Assembly (NCBI GenBank): GCA_016938065.1
Contig: JAFGVI010000113.1
Coordinates: 3,256 to 67,255, forward strand
From: Deltaproteobacteria bacterium
GTDB taxonomy: Bacteria; Desulfobacterota; Anaeroferrophillalia; Anaeroferrophillales; Tharpellaceae
DNA: 64,000 nucleotides
Direction: 5' to 3'
The notes under the pieces: model-generated
Told to the model about the DNA's origin: nothing
The model's input: the letters and a program-made list of their open reading frames with translations, nothing else
Databases searched by the model: none
Part shown: positions 1-8,743 of the stretch, one piece after another
Position numbering within the stretch: the stretch's first letter is position 1
Layout: each line of letters begins with the position of its first letter
Translations under genes and position numbers: made by a program

Positions 1-729
1 CTGAAGCGAAAAAAGAGTCCGCAGGGCTATGGGCTGTTCGGGGTTTCAGGTCTGGTTTTCGTACTCTGTGCCGGGATTATCATCAGTGCGCTTTCGGTTC
101 AGGCTCTGGTTCCGCAAAAATGGCTCGAATGGTATAGTGCCAATGGCGGCTTGGCGACTACCGGCACCTCTCTTTATCATTTTGAAATCGGTCGTTTCAG
201 CCATTTCATCGTGCCGGCGTTTATCAATATCGGCATTTTCATGATGCTCTATGCCTGGTATTTCCGGCCCCGGGCCGATGCGGATGCTGCCTATCTTGAC
301 TGGGTCGGCCGTTCCGGGGCGAAAATGGCCAAGATTGCGGCCATGATTCAGGTGGTGGTTGGTTTCTGGTGGTTGTTGACGGTGCCGGCCGACCTGCACT
401 TCATGCGTAATCCATTTCTCTGGATCGGGGCTTCTCTGGGTTTGCTCCTGCTTGTTGGCCTGATGAAAGCCGAAAGTGCTCCGGATCGTTACGCCATTCC
501 GATGGCTCTGCTCTCGTTTGTGGCGATTCTGGGCATGGGGACGGCGCGTGAGGCGTTGCGGATGGCCTATCTCGGCGTTTTTGATTATTCAATCTATACA
601 TATCCCCTGAACATTGACTGGGGCAGTACGGCCCTGTTTCTGGTAACCTTTGTCATGGGACTCGTCGTGATTGCTTATCCGATGACGGTTGCCTTTAAGC
701 TGGGGCGCGGAACTCTGACGGAATCTTAA
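1..729 (+). CDS. integral membrane protein, 5'-truncated by window edge (function unknown)
   Basis: Frame 1 is open from base 1 (LKRKKSPQGYGLFGV...) and runs into track ORF 151..729. It has several long hydrophobic helices (MIQVVVGFWWLLTV, ALFLVTFVMGLVVIAYPM). Confidence 0.6.
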   Translation: MKRKKSPQGYGLFGVSGLVFVLCAGIIISALSVQALVPQKWLEWYSANGGLATTGTSLYHFEIGRFSHFIVPAFINIGIFMMLYAWYFRPRADADAAYLDWVGRSGAKMAKIAAMIQVVVGFWWLLTVPADLHFMRNPFLWIGASLGLLLLVGLMKAESAPDRYAIPMALLSFVAILGMGTAREALRMAYLGVFDYSIYTYPLNIDWGSTALFLVTFVMGLVVIAYPMTVAFKLGRGTLTES

Positions 730-762
730 AATAAAGTCTTATAAATACGCAGGAGATGGATT

Positions 763-873
763 ATGTCACTGGAAAAATTTGGTAAATTAACCCTCAATCT
801 GATGATTGTCTGGTTTCTGGTGGTTGCCGGTCTGGGGCTGGTGATCTCTTTTAAAAATGGGGTCTTTTTTTAA
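763..873 (+). CDS. possible 36-aa single-TM membrane peptide
   Basis: ATG at 763 lies 6 nt after AGGAGA. The product MSLEKFGKLTLNLMIVWFLVVAGLGLVISFKNGVFF has one hydrophobic helix and sits directly downstream of the membrane-protein gene. It is too short for the ORF track. Confidence 0.3.
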   Translation: MSLEKFGKLTLNLMIVWFLVVAGLGLVISFKNGVFF

Positions 874-944
874 AAATCGGTGTAGCGCTTCGGCGCAAAA
901 GTTTCAGTCGCCGAGTTTTCTGAAAAGAGCTTCGACATCCATAG

Positions 945-985
945 AAAAGGCAGAGCCATAAAATTGGCTCTGCCTTTTTAATTTT
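945..985 (+). terminator. rho-independent terminator
   Basis: Stem GGCAGAGCC (949-957) pairs with GGCTCTGCC (966-974). It is extended by A/T pairs and followed by a T-run. Confidence 0.7.
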
Positions 986-1125
986 ATTCCGCTTTTGCCA
1001 AGTGTGATATTTCGCGGTGGCTTGACATTGCCTGAGACCCTGTGTAGAGATTGCTGCAGCTATGGGCCGGGCGCTTGCCTGGTCTGTCTGCCGGGTTTGG
1101 TGTGTGCTGATGAAAAGGGATTGAA

Positions 1126-2103
1126 ATGGTGACTTGTCTGGAAAAGGGAGCGGTAAGAGATGCGGCGGTGGCCTTGCAGCACTGGCAGAGAACTTTTGAT
1201 GCGATTGACGATTATGTCACGATTCTCGACCTTGACAAAAGGGTAGTCTCGGCCAATCAGTCTTTGCTGAAGGATCTGCAGGTGGAGCTCGAGCGGATTG
1301 CCGCCTGTAAATGTTATGAGGCTTTATGGGGCCGGGATGAAAATTGTCACTCCTGTCCGGTGGAGCAGGTTTTAAAGGATCGTAAAACCCACACGATCGA
1401 GGTCGAGAATCGGCGTCTCGGCAAAACCTTCGTGATCTCGGCCTCACCCATATTTGACGATGACAATGTTATTGTCGGTATGGTGCATGTGGCTAAAGAT
1501 ATTTCGGATCGTAAAAGAGCGGAAAATGCCGTGGTCGAAGCCCGGGCTGAACTTGAGGTCCGGGTGGTCGAAAGAACTCGGGAACTGACCCGGGTGAACG
1601 AGCGGCTGCAGGCCGAAATTGCCGAGCGCAAAAAAGCGGAAACCGGTCTCTTTAGACGGACCGCCGAACTTGATCTGAAATCGCGAACCCTGGAGGAGGC
1701 CAATATCGCTTTGCGGGTTATTCTTAAAGCCCGCGAGGAAGATAAGGAGGAGCTGGAAGGCAAAGTTCTGGCGAACATGAAGAGACTGGTGCTGCCTTAT
1801 CTGGACAAGCTCGAAAACAGCCGGCTTGATCCGGCGCAACGGGCCAGTCTTGAGGTTTTGCGGAGTAATCTGGAAGATCTGGTTTCGCCCTTTTCGCAAA
1901 AACTCTCCTCACCGCTTCTGAATCTGACCCCCCGCGAAATTGAGATTGCCAATCAGATCAAGACCGGGCGCTCCAATAAGGAGATTGCCGGTTTTTTCAA
2001 TATCTCTCTGCGGACGGTGGAGTTTCATCGGGAAAATATCAGAAAGAAGATCGGCCTGGTTAATAAACGGGTTAATTTGCGCTCTCACTTACTTCTTTTT
2101 TAG
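1126..2103 (+). CDS. PAS-sensor / LuxR-family transcriptional regulator
   Basis: The N-terminal PAS-like region carries a Cys motif (CKCYEALWGRDENCHSCPVEQVL). A coiled-coil linker follows, then a C-terminal LuxR/FixJ HTH (LTPREIEIANQIKTGRSNKEIAGFFNISLRTVEFHRENIRKKIG). Confidence 0.8.
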   Translation: MVTCLEKGAVRDAAVALQHWQRTFDAIDDYVTILDLDKRVVSANQSLLKDLQVELERIAACKCYEALWGRDENCHSCPVEQVLKDRKTHTIEVENRRLGKTFVISASPIFDDDNVIVGMVHVAKDISDRKRAENAVVEARAELEVRVVERTRELTRVNERLQAEIAERKKAETGLFRRTAELDLKSRTLEEANIALRVILKAREEDKEELEGKVLANMKRLVLPYLDKLENSRLDPAQRASLEVLRSNLEDLVSPFSQKLSSPLLNLTPREIEIANQIKTGRSNKEIAGFFNISLRTVEFHRENIRKKIGLVNKRVNLRSHLLLF

Positions 2104-2163
2104 TACCAGGTTTTTGCTGGTGTCAAACTGGTGTTTATTTGGTGTTGTACTTTACTGTGAAGA

Positions 2164-2682
2164 ATGTATACTCAGGAAGTGGATTTTAATATGGAGAAGA
2201 GTGTGGACGATATTCTGATCGACGGTCAGGGGCAGTGGTGGTATGAAGGTAACAGGATCGTTCATCCCGAGGTGCTGTCTCTCTTTAAAAGATCTCTGAC
2301 GTTTGAAGCGGAGACCGGCCTTTTTTTTATTGACTATAAAGGGAAAAGAGCCCCGGTAAAGGTTGCAAAGACCCCTTTTTTTGTGCAGGACATTGTTGTG
2401 GAAAAGGGTGCCGCGGGGGAGCTGGTGCGAATCGCTTTGCAGTTGGATGACGGCACCAGTGAAACCCTTGTGCCGGAAAGTCTGAGTCTGGACGAGAGCG
2501 GGGTTCTTCAGGTCAAGGTTAAGGATGGGCGCTTTGCCGCCCGTTGTCTGGCCGGGGCCCATTTTCGCCTGGCCGAGCTGCTGGAAGAGAACTTAGATGG
2601 TGGATTTTCTCTTGTCCTTGGGGGCAGGAGTTATATTGTGGTGCAAAAGTTAAAAGGCGAAGGAGGATTCAGTTATGAATGA
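2164..2682 (+). CDS. hypothetical protein, DUF1285-like
   Basis: 172-aa ORF. The N-terminal motif IDGQGQWWYEGNRIVHPEVLSLFKRSL resembles the DUF1285 signature as I recall it. An alternative start is ATG 2191. An HMM search is needed. Confidence 0.5.
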   Translation: MYTQEVDFNMEKSVDDILIDGQGQWWYEGNRIVHPEVLSLFKRSLTFEAETGLFFIDYKGKRAPVKVAKTPFFVQDIVVEKGAAGELVRIALQLDDGTSETLVPESLSLDESGVLQVKVKDGRFAARCLAGAHFRLAELLEENLDGGFSLVLGGRSYIVVQKLKGEGGFSYE

Positions 2683-3421
2683 TATGAGTAAGATTATTAA
2701 TGAGGCGGATGATGCCTTGCTGGTCAAAATGGCCATGGATTCATTTCGACGTACCCTGGTTCATTACGGGCAGTGGTTAGCTCAGGTTGAACATCAGCTG
2801 GGTATGGAAAAAGCGATGGAGGTTGAAGCTGAGGTCTGGGGGGCCAGTTTCGGGAACCAGCTTGTACGGTTAGCTAAAATTTTTGGTTTTGAGATTAAGG
2901 ATGGTGCGCCTGCGCATTTGCACTCTTTGTCCCGGGACGAGAAGATTGATCTGCTTAAAAATCTTGGCGTCAACTGGTTGGCCAATGATGGGATCTGGTT
3001 TCAGGCGGTCGAGAAAAAATATGGGATGAATGACGCTAAACGCTGTAACGATTCATGTTGGACAAGGTATTCTCCGTTCGAAGCGGAACGTATCAAAGAG
3101 CTTCTGGGCTTGCCCGAAAATGGTGGTATTCCGGCCTTGAAAAAAGCTCTGGCTTTCAGAATGTATGCTTTGATCAATAAACAGTCAATCGAAGATGTGA
3201 ATGACAAATGCATTATTTTTCGAATGAATGAGTGTCGGGTCCAGCTGGCGAGGAAACGCAAGGGTTTGGAGGATTATCCTTGTAAATCGGTGGGTTTGGT
3301 CGAATACCCCTACTTTGCCCGAACCATCGATTCGAGAATTGAGACCGAATGTATAGGTTGCCCGCCGGATAAGCACCCGGAAGATTGGTTTTGTGCCTGG
3401 AAATTTACGGTGGTGGAATAA
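2675..3421 (+). CDS. hypothetical cytosolic protein with Cys-rich C-terminus
   Basis: The RBS AAGGAGG precedes ATG 2675, and the start overlaps the previous stop by 8 nt. The C-terminus is ECRVQ...PCKSV...ECIGCPPDKHPEDWFCAWKF. I cannot assign a family with confidence. Confidence 0.55.
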   Translation: MNDMSKIINEADDALLVKMAMDSFRRTLVHYGQWLAQVEHQLGMEKAMEVEAEVWGASFGNQLVRLAKIFGFEIKDGAPAHLHSLSRDEKIDLLKNLGVNWLANDGIWFQAVEKKYGMNDAKRCNDSCWTRYSPFEAERIKELLGLPENGGIPALKKALAFRMYALINKQSIEDVNDKCIIFRMNECRVQLARKRKGLEDYPCKSVGLVEYPYFARTIDSRIETECIGCPPDKHPEDWFCAWKFTVVE

Positions 3422-3422
3422 T

Positions 3423-3938
3423 ATGTCGAGTAATATTCTTAACTTCTCCCTTAATCGCTGTACCAGTGTGGACAAGGTTAACGGAACCGATCTGCTCTCG
3501 GTTTGTCGCGTGCGTGATACTTTTACTGACGCTGAAATCAGGATTGTGGTGAAAATGCCTGATATGGAAATTGTTGAAATATCAGGTCATTTTCGCCATG
3601 CGTACCTTGATGCGGTCGAAGATCTTGACAGCCGTCTACAGAAGGTGCTGGGGGTTCGGGTCGGAACCGGCATGTTGAAAATCATCAAAGGGCTGCTTGG
3701 TGAAGAGGAAAACTGCGATCAGCTGGTTTATATGGTTGAAGAGTGCTGTCACGGGATTATTCTGACGTTGACGAAAAAAGTTCTTCTTAAAGCTCCTGAC
3801 GATGAGGTCGGCAAATTTGCTTTTTACTCCAATATGGTTAAAAAAAGTATCCGGCTTTATGATCGTTGTGCTGGTTTTGGCAAAGGCACCCCTCTGGTGG
3901 CCGAACTTGAGGCGGAGAATGGGGGAGGTGCAGCATGA
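3423..3938 (+). CDS. DUF2889-like protein
   Basis: I prefer ATG 3423 (MSSNILNF), 2 nt after the preceding stop, over the track start 3393. Motifs such as LSVCRVRDTFTDAEIRIVVKM and CDQLVYMVEECCHGIIL resemble DUF2889. Confidence 0.5.
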   Translation: MSSNILNFSLNRCTSVDKVNGTDLLSVCRVRDTFTDAEIRIVVKMPDMEIVEISGHFRHAYLDAVEDLDSRLQKVLGVRVGTGMLKIIKGLLGEEENCDQLVYMVEECCHGIILTLTKKVLLKAPDDEVGKFAFYSNMVKKSIRLYDRCAGFGKGTPLVAELEAENGGGAA

Positions 3939-5134
3939 TTGTTGAATTTATGCGTAATAAAATGGTCGATGTGGCCCATCTTGATGCCGAAACCTTGAGT
4001 GTCCATGGGGTTTTAACGGATTCAATCTATAGTCTGGAACTCGACTTTAAGGTCAGAATCAGTGATCTGGTCTGCTCGGAGGTTGAGGGGCGCTGGCTGC
4101 GCTGGACGACCCCGCAATGTCCCCGGGCTCTGACTTTTCTCAATGAAGCCGACGGCTTTTGTCTGGCGCCGGGCATTGATGCCAGAATCCATAAAACTAT
4201 GGGTCGGCGGGCCTGCCGTCACTTTGCCAACCTGTTTATCGAATGCGCCTACGCTGTGCGTGAAACCGTAAAAATGCTGCGCTGGCAGGCAGCGGTCGTA
4301 AGCGAGCCGGATCTTACCTTGAGAGATTTTATCGAGCGCGGGGCAGATGATGGCAGCGCGACTTCCGCTGAAATGCAAAACCCCGCTTCGTCAGAGGAAA
4401 CACTGGCGTCTGCAGTTTCTGCGAGTAACGGCAAAGCTTCCGGCAAATTTCCGGCAGATGTCGGCCAAAGCTCTGCCGGTGCTGCTGTGGGGAACCAGGA
4501 GCGAGGCTTTGTCATCGATCTGCATCTGCACACCGCGCCGGCCTCACCGTGTGCCAGCTCAAGCGTTGATGAGATGATCGTCGAAGCGAAACGCATCGGC
4601 CTGGACGGCATCTGTCTGAGTGACCATAACTATCTCTGGTCGGCGGAAGCGGTTCAGGCTCTGCGGGAAAAACATAATTTTCTGGTACTGCGGGTCAATG
4701 AGATTGTCACCGAGCAGGGCGATATGCTGGTATTCGGTTTTTACGAGGATGTGCAGGGAATTATCCGGCTGGCAGAGCTCAAACAGCGGGTCGCGGCGGT
4801 CGGCGGTTTTATTGTTGCGGCTCATCCGTTTCGAGGATTTCTCACCTTTGGGGCCGATGATGTCGGTTTGACCCCGGAAAAAGCGATGGCCCGAGAGATG
4901 TTCAAGTGGGTCGACGGGGTGGAATGCCTGAACGGCAAGGTGACGGTGACGGAAAACGGTTTGGCCCGGCATGTGGCGACGGGATTAGGTTTGCCGGCAA
5001 CCGGGGGCAGCGATGCTCATGACGTGTCGACGGTTGGCGTTTGTGCGACCGCGTTTGAATCCGAAATTAAAAGTGAAGAGGATTTGCTCGCTGCCTTAAA
5101 AGCCGGCAAATATCGACCCGTGAATTTTCGCTAA
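3935..5134 (+). CDS. DUF2889-like N-terminal domain fused to PHP-family metal-dependent phosphoesterase
   Basis: The N-terminal ~130 aa parallel the preceding ORF (LSVHGVLTDSIYSLELDFKV..., RACRHFANLFIECAY). A low-complexity linker follows. The C-terminal part carries PHP motifs (DLHLHT, SDHN, AHPFR, GGSDAHD). The start overlaps the upstream stop (ATGA). Confidence 0.7.
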   Translation: MIVEFMRNKMVDVAHLDAETLSVHGVLTDSIYSLELDFKVRISDLVCSEVEGRWLRWTTPQCPRALTFLNEADGFCLAPGIDARIHKTMGRRACRHFANLFIECAYAVRETVKMLRWQAAVVSEPDLTLRDFIERGADDGSATSAEMQNPASSEETLASAVSASNGKASGKFPADVGQSSAGAAVGNQERGFVIDLHLHTAPASPCASSSVDEMIVEAKRIGLDGICLSDHNYLWSAEAVQALREKHNFLVLRVNEIVTEQGDMLVFGFYEDVQGIIRLAELKQRVAAVGGFIVAAHPFRGFLTFGADDVGLTPEKAMAREMFKWVDGVECLNGKVTVTENGLARHVATGLGLPATGGSDAHDVSTVGVCATAFESEIKSEEDLLAALKAGKYRPVNFR

Positions 5135-5173
5135 CAAGATAATGGCATTCTCTTTTGCCAGCAAGGAAAAATT

Positions 5174-6577
5174 ATGCAGACAAAACATGATTGGGAAAAA
5201 ATTATCAGGCGGTTCGAGCGCCTTCTGCGCTTGAAATCTTTTCCCGTAGCTTTTAAGCTGCTGGAGAAAAAGGAGGAACTGGAAACAATTCCTTTTCTCA
5301 GACGTCCACAGAACAGAATGACGATGTGTCAGATGATTAATCTGGTGCGCAACTTTGACTGGAGTGTCGGAGCTGATCTGGGTGATTTTCTTTTTCCCAC
5401 CTGCTCCTCAATTATAGGTTTGGAAGATGTTCCGGAAACTCATAAAGATGGTACGTTTCGTGATATTGTCTGGGTCGCCACGAAAGAGGATGGCCGTAAG
5501 TTTGAAAAGGCAATTCCTCGTCTACCGGTAGGTCGTTATGAGGCTCTGGCGATGGCACCTTTGGTGTACAACCCATTTGAGCCGGATATTGTATTGATTT
5601 ATGCCAATCCGGCGCAGATTATGATGCTGATAAACGCTATTCAGTTCTCAGACTATGAGGTGATGCAGTTTTCCTGTGTGGGTGAGTCCTCCTGTTCTGA
5701 TGCGATTGTGCGCTGTTATCAGGAAGGTAAAGCCTCCGTCGGGATTCCCTGTTATGGTGAACGTCGTTACGGTCATGCTCAGGATGACGAGCTGGTGATG
5801 GCTATTCCGGTAAATTTAATGACGAAAGCTCTCTCCGGCCTGGAGGCGCTCTATCGGCGGGGTGTGCGTTATCCCATCAGTTTTGCCGGGGCCGAAAATG
5901 ATGCCAGCCTGGTTTTTCCGCCGACCTATCTCGGCCTTGATGAGATGATGAAAAAAGTCAAGGGCGATGGCCGGCGTTTTCTGCTCGGGGTTACCGGAGG
6001 TATTGCCAGCGGTAAGAGTACGGTTTCGAGAATGCTCAGTGAACTGGGCTCACCCCTGATTGACTTTGATCTGATTGCCCGCCAGGTGGTGGAACCGGGA
6101 ACGCCGGGTTTTGCAAAAATTGTTGACTATTTCGGCGCGCAGGTGTTAGCTGATGATGGTACGCTGGATCGGAAGAAACTTTCGGATATTGTTTTTGGCG
6201 ATATGGAAAAGCGCAAAAAACTTGAAAGTTTTACGCATCCGCCGATTTATGAAGAGTTTTTCCGGCAGGCCGATGCTATCGCCGCACAGGAGCCGGACGC
6301 GATTATTCAGGTGGCGGTGCCTTTGCTGATTGAGCTGAATCTGCAGTATCTGTTTGATAAACTGCTGGTCATTTATGTGCCGGCCGCGGTACAGATTGAG
6401 CGTCTTGCCGCGCGAGACGGTATTACTCAAGATGAGGCGGCGAACATATTAAAAGCCCAGCTGCCGATTGCTGAGAAGTTGCAGTTTGCCGATTTCGTTA
6501 TTGACAACACTAAAGATCTGGCTTTTGCTCGGGAGCAGGTGGAAAAGGTCTGGGCGGAGTTACAGAAGGGCCTCTAA
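5174..6577 (+). CDS. coaE: DUF169-like domain fused to dephospho-CoA kinase
   Basis: The N-terminal ~260 aa are DUF169-like (SFPVAFKLLEK..., MCQMINLV..., PTCSSIIGL). The C-terminal ~200 aa are CoaE-like, with P-loop GVTGGIASGKST plus LIDFDLIARQVVEPG and KKLESFTHPPI. Confidence 0.7.
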   Translation: MQTKHDWEKIIRRFERLLRLKSFPVAFKLLEKKEELETIPFLRRPQNRMTMCQMINLVRNFDWSVGADLGDFLFPTCSSIIGLEDVPETHKDGTFRDIVWVATKEDGRKFEKAIPRLPVGRYEALAMAPLVYNPFEPDIVLIYANPAQIMMLINAIQFSDYEVMQFSCVGESSCSDAIVRCYQEGKASVGIPCYGERRYGHAQDDELVMAIPVNLMTKALSGLEALYRRGVRYPISFAGAENDASLVFPPTYLGLDEMMKKVKGDGRRFLLGVTGGIASGKSTVSRMLSELGSPLIDFDLIARQVVEPGTPGFAKIVDYFGAQVLADDGTLDRKKLSDIVFGDMEKRKKLESFTHPPIYEEFFRQADAIAAQEPDAIIQVAVPLLIELNLQYLFDKLLVIYVPAAVQIERLAARDGITQDEAANILKAQLPIAEKLQFADFVIDNTKDLAFAREQVEKVWAELQKGL

Positions 6578-6599
6578 GCTTTGAGGAGGATTTTCGCAG

Positions 6600-7304
6600 G
6601 TGGTTGGAGATTTTAACTTTGCCCCATACCAGACAGTTGATATCGCTAAAATTGTAGACGGCAAGAAGTTTCAGGCCCATCTTCTCACCCGGGTCGGCGA
6701 TACAATTTTAGTAGATCGCCCAAAAATCAAGAGCCAATCCGGGCGCCTGCGTTATTTTGACTCCGTTTATATCAATAATATTCTCTATCTGAGTTACGAG
6801 TTTGCCGGGGTCAGGTATGAATTCAAGGCCACGGTGCTTAAAGTCAGTTATGTGCCTTTCTACCATCTCTGTCTGAAACTGCCGGATGTAGCGGCTATCA
6901 GAAAAGAAAAAATCTGGAGTACTCCCCGCTATAACGGCTATGTTCCCGTAACCCTGACGGCGATGCATAAGCATGGCTACAGTGTGCTGCTGGCCCAGCG
7001 TTCCTATATGGTTGATGTTGGTTCGCGCGGGGTGGGGGTTGTCAGTGAAAGTAAAATTGCCCGTAATTTTCTTCTCGAAATGAACGTTACTCCGGAGAGT
7101 CGGCTGCAGCTTAAATGTCGGGTACGAAATATCAAAACGGGGTCGGTTGGCGGTTTTTTTTACTACGGTTGTGAAATCGAGCAGGTCAGCGAACCCCGAC
7201 TTTTTGCCGAATATCTCGATTTTCTTGCGGCTGCGACCGATTTCTTTGCACAGGTGCCGACCGATGTCGGGAGCGATGATTTTTCCTTTTTCAGTTTTGT
7301 CTGA
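6600..7304 (+). CDS. YcgR/PilZ-like two-domain protein with degenerate c-di-GMP motifs (tentative)
   Basis: GTG start lies 9 nt after GAGGAGGA. The first half resembles PilZN and the second half a PilZ barrel, but the RxxxR and DxSxxG motifs are not intact (IRKEKIWSTPR; DVGSRG). Confidence 0.4.
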   Translation: MVGDFNFAPYQTVDIAKIVDGKKFQAHLLTRVGDTILVDRPKIKSQSGRLRYFDSVYINNILYLSYEFAGVRYEFKATVLKVSYVPFYHLCLKLPDVAAIRKEKIWSTPRYNGYVPVTLTAMHKHGYSVLLAQRSYMVDVGSRGVGVVSESKIARNFLLEMNVTPESRLQLKCRVRNIKTGSVGGFFYYGCEIEQVSEPRLFAEYLDFLAAATDFFAQVPTDVGSDDFSFFSFV

Positions 7305-7341
7305 AGCGTGATGGTTCGGCTGATGTGGGTGGATTTTTAGG

Positions 7342-7371
7342 TTGACAACTCTCTGGACTAGCCATTATAGA
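7342..7371 (+). promoter_or_regulatory. candidate sigma-70 promoter for the oxidoreductase operon
   Basis: TTGACA (7342-7347), an 18-nt spacer and TATAGA (7366-7371), about 80 nt upstream of the ferredoxin-subunit ATG. Confidence 0.4.
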
Positions 7372-7449
7372 GTTGGCGTTTGTTGTTTGCTGCGGATTCT
7401 GTCGTGCTGACTGGAAAAAAATAGAGCCATTGGGGGAATAATAGAGACG

Positions 7450-7653
7450 ATGCCAAAGGTTGAGATAGATATAGAACGCTGCAAGGGCTGTGCTCTTTGT
7501 GTCGACGCCTGTCCCGAGCATGTTCTTGAACTCGGGAAGGGGATAAATTTAAGTGGTTATCAGTACGTTGTCGTGGTAAGTCCCGAAGCTTGTATCGGCT
7601 GCTGCCGCTGCGCCGAGATGTGTCCTGATGTAGCGCTGGCGGTCTGGAGGTAG
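7450..7653 (+). CDS. 2-oxoacid:ferredoxin oxidoreductase delta subunit (2x[4Fe-4S] ferredoxin)
   Basis: Two CxxCxxCxxxCP motifs (CKGCALCVDACP, CIGCCRCAEMCP). It is the first gene of a delta-alpha-beta-gamma set. Confidence 0.85.
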   Translation: MPKVEIDIERCKGCALCVDACPEHVLELGKGINLSGYQYVVVVSPEACIGCCRCAEMCPDVALAVWR

Positions 7654-7660
7654 GTCTGGT

Positions 7661-8740
7661 ATGAGTAGTCCCAAGAAAGTTTTCACTAAAGGTAATGAAG
7701 CGATTGCGATGGCGGCTATTAATGCCGGCTGCCACTACTATTTTGGTTATCCGATTACCCCGCAGAATGAGATTCCCGAATATATGGCCGAGCATCTGCC
7801 GGCCGTGGGCGGCGAGTTTCTGCAGGCGGAAAGCGAGATTGCTTCAATCAATATGCTGCTCGGGGCTGCCGCGACCGGGGTTCGGGCGATGACCTCTTCC
7901 AGTGGTCCCGGCATCTCTCTGATGCAGGAGGGGTTTTCCTATTTCGCCGGCAACGAGCTGCCGGCGGTGGTTGTTAATATGAGTCGTCAGGGACCCGGGT
8001 TAGGTGGTATCAATGCAACTCAGGGAGACTATTTTCAATCGGTCAAAGGTGGTGGTCACGGCGATTACAAATTGATCGTGCTGGCTCCGCATACCGGTCA
8101 GGAGCTCTACGATCTGACGATTAAAGCCTTTGAACTGGCCGAGAAATATCGGATGTTGACCCTGGTTTTAGGGGATGCGATTCTTGGTCAGATCAAGGAG
8201 CCGATTGTGCCCTGGATTCCGCAGAAGACAGCTGGTGACCCCGATCGCGACTGGGTGATTTCCGGTGCGAAAGGGCGGGCGCCGCGGAAGATTACGTCAC
8301 TTTTTCTGGCCGACGGCGAGATGGAGAAACATAACTGGCACCTGCAGGAAAAATATGAGCGTCTCGAACGCGACGATGTTATGTTCGAAGAGGTCGATAC
8401 CGAGGATGCCGAACTGGTGGTTGTGGCCTTCGGCAGTGTTGCCAGGATTGTTAAAAGCGCGATTGCTCAGGTCCGCGAAGCCGGCATGAAGGTTGGACTG
8501 CTGCGGCCCATCACCCTCTTTCCTTTTCCGCGGCAGGCCATGTTGAAGCTGGGCGGGCGGACGAAGCGTTATCTGGTTGCCGAGATGAATACCGGGCAGA
8601 TGGTCGAAGATGTGCGCCTTTCTCTACCGGGTGATTGTCAGGTTGATTTCTACGGGCGGCCCGGCGGGTCGGTGCCCACACCTGAAGATCTTTTTGCCGT
8701 AATCAGCGAAAATTACAGTAAGCTTGAGATGGGGAAGTAA
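7661..8740 (+). CDS. 2-oxoacid:ferredoxin oxidoreductase alpha subunit (KorA/OorA/VorB-like)
   Basis: The N-terminus KGNEAIAMAAINAGCHYYFGYPITPQNEI is typical of the family. Substrate (2-oxoglutarate vs other 2-oxoacids) cannot be read by eye. Confidence 0.85.
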   Translation: MSSPKKVFTKGNEAIAMAAINAGCHYYFGYPITPQNEIPEYMAEHLPAVGGEFLQAESEIASINMLLGAAATGVRAMTSSSGPGISLMQEGFSYFAGNELPAVVVNMSRQGPGLGGINATQGDYFQSVKGGGHGDYKLIVLAPHTGQELYDLTIKAFELAEKYRMLTLVLGDAILGQIKEPIVPWIPQKTAGDPDRDWVISGAKGRAPRKITSLFLADGEMEKHNWHLQEKYERLERDDVMFEEVDTEDAELVVVAFGSVARIVKSAIAQVREAGMKVGLLRPITLFPFPRQAMLKLGGRTKRYLVAEMNTGQMVEDVRLSLPGDCQVDFYGRPGGSVPTPEDLFAVISENYSKLEMGK

Positions 8741-8743
8741 AGC

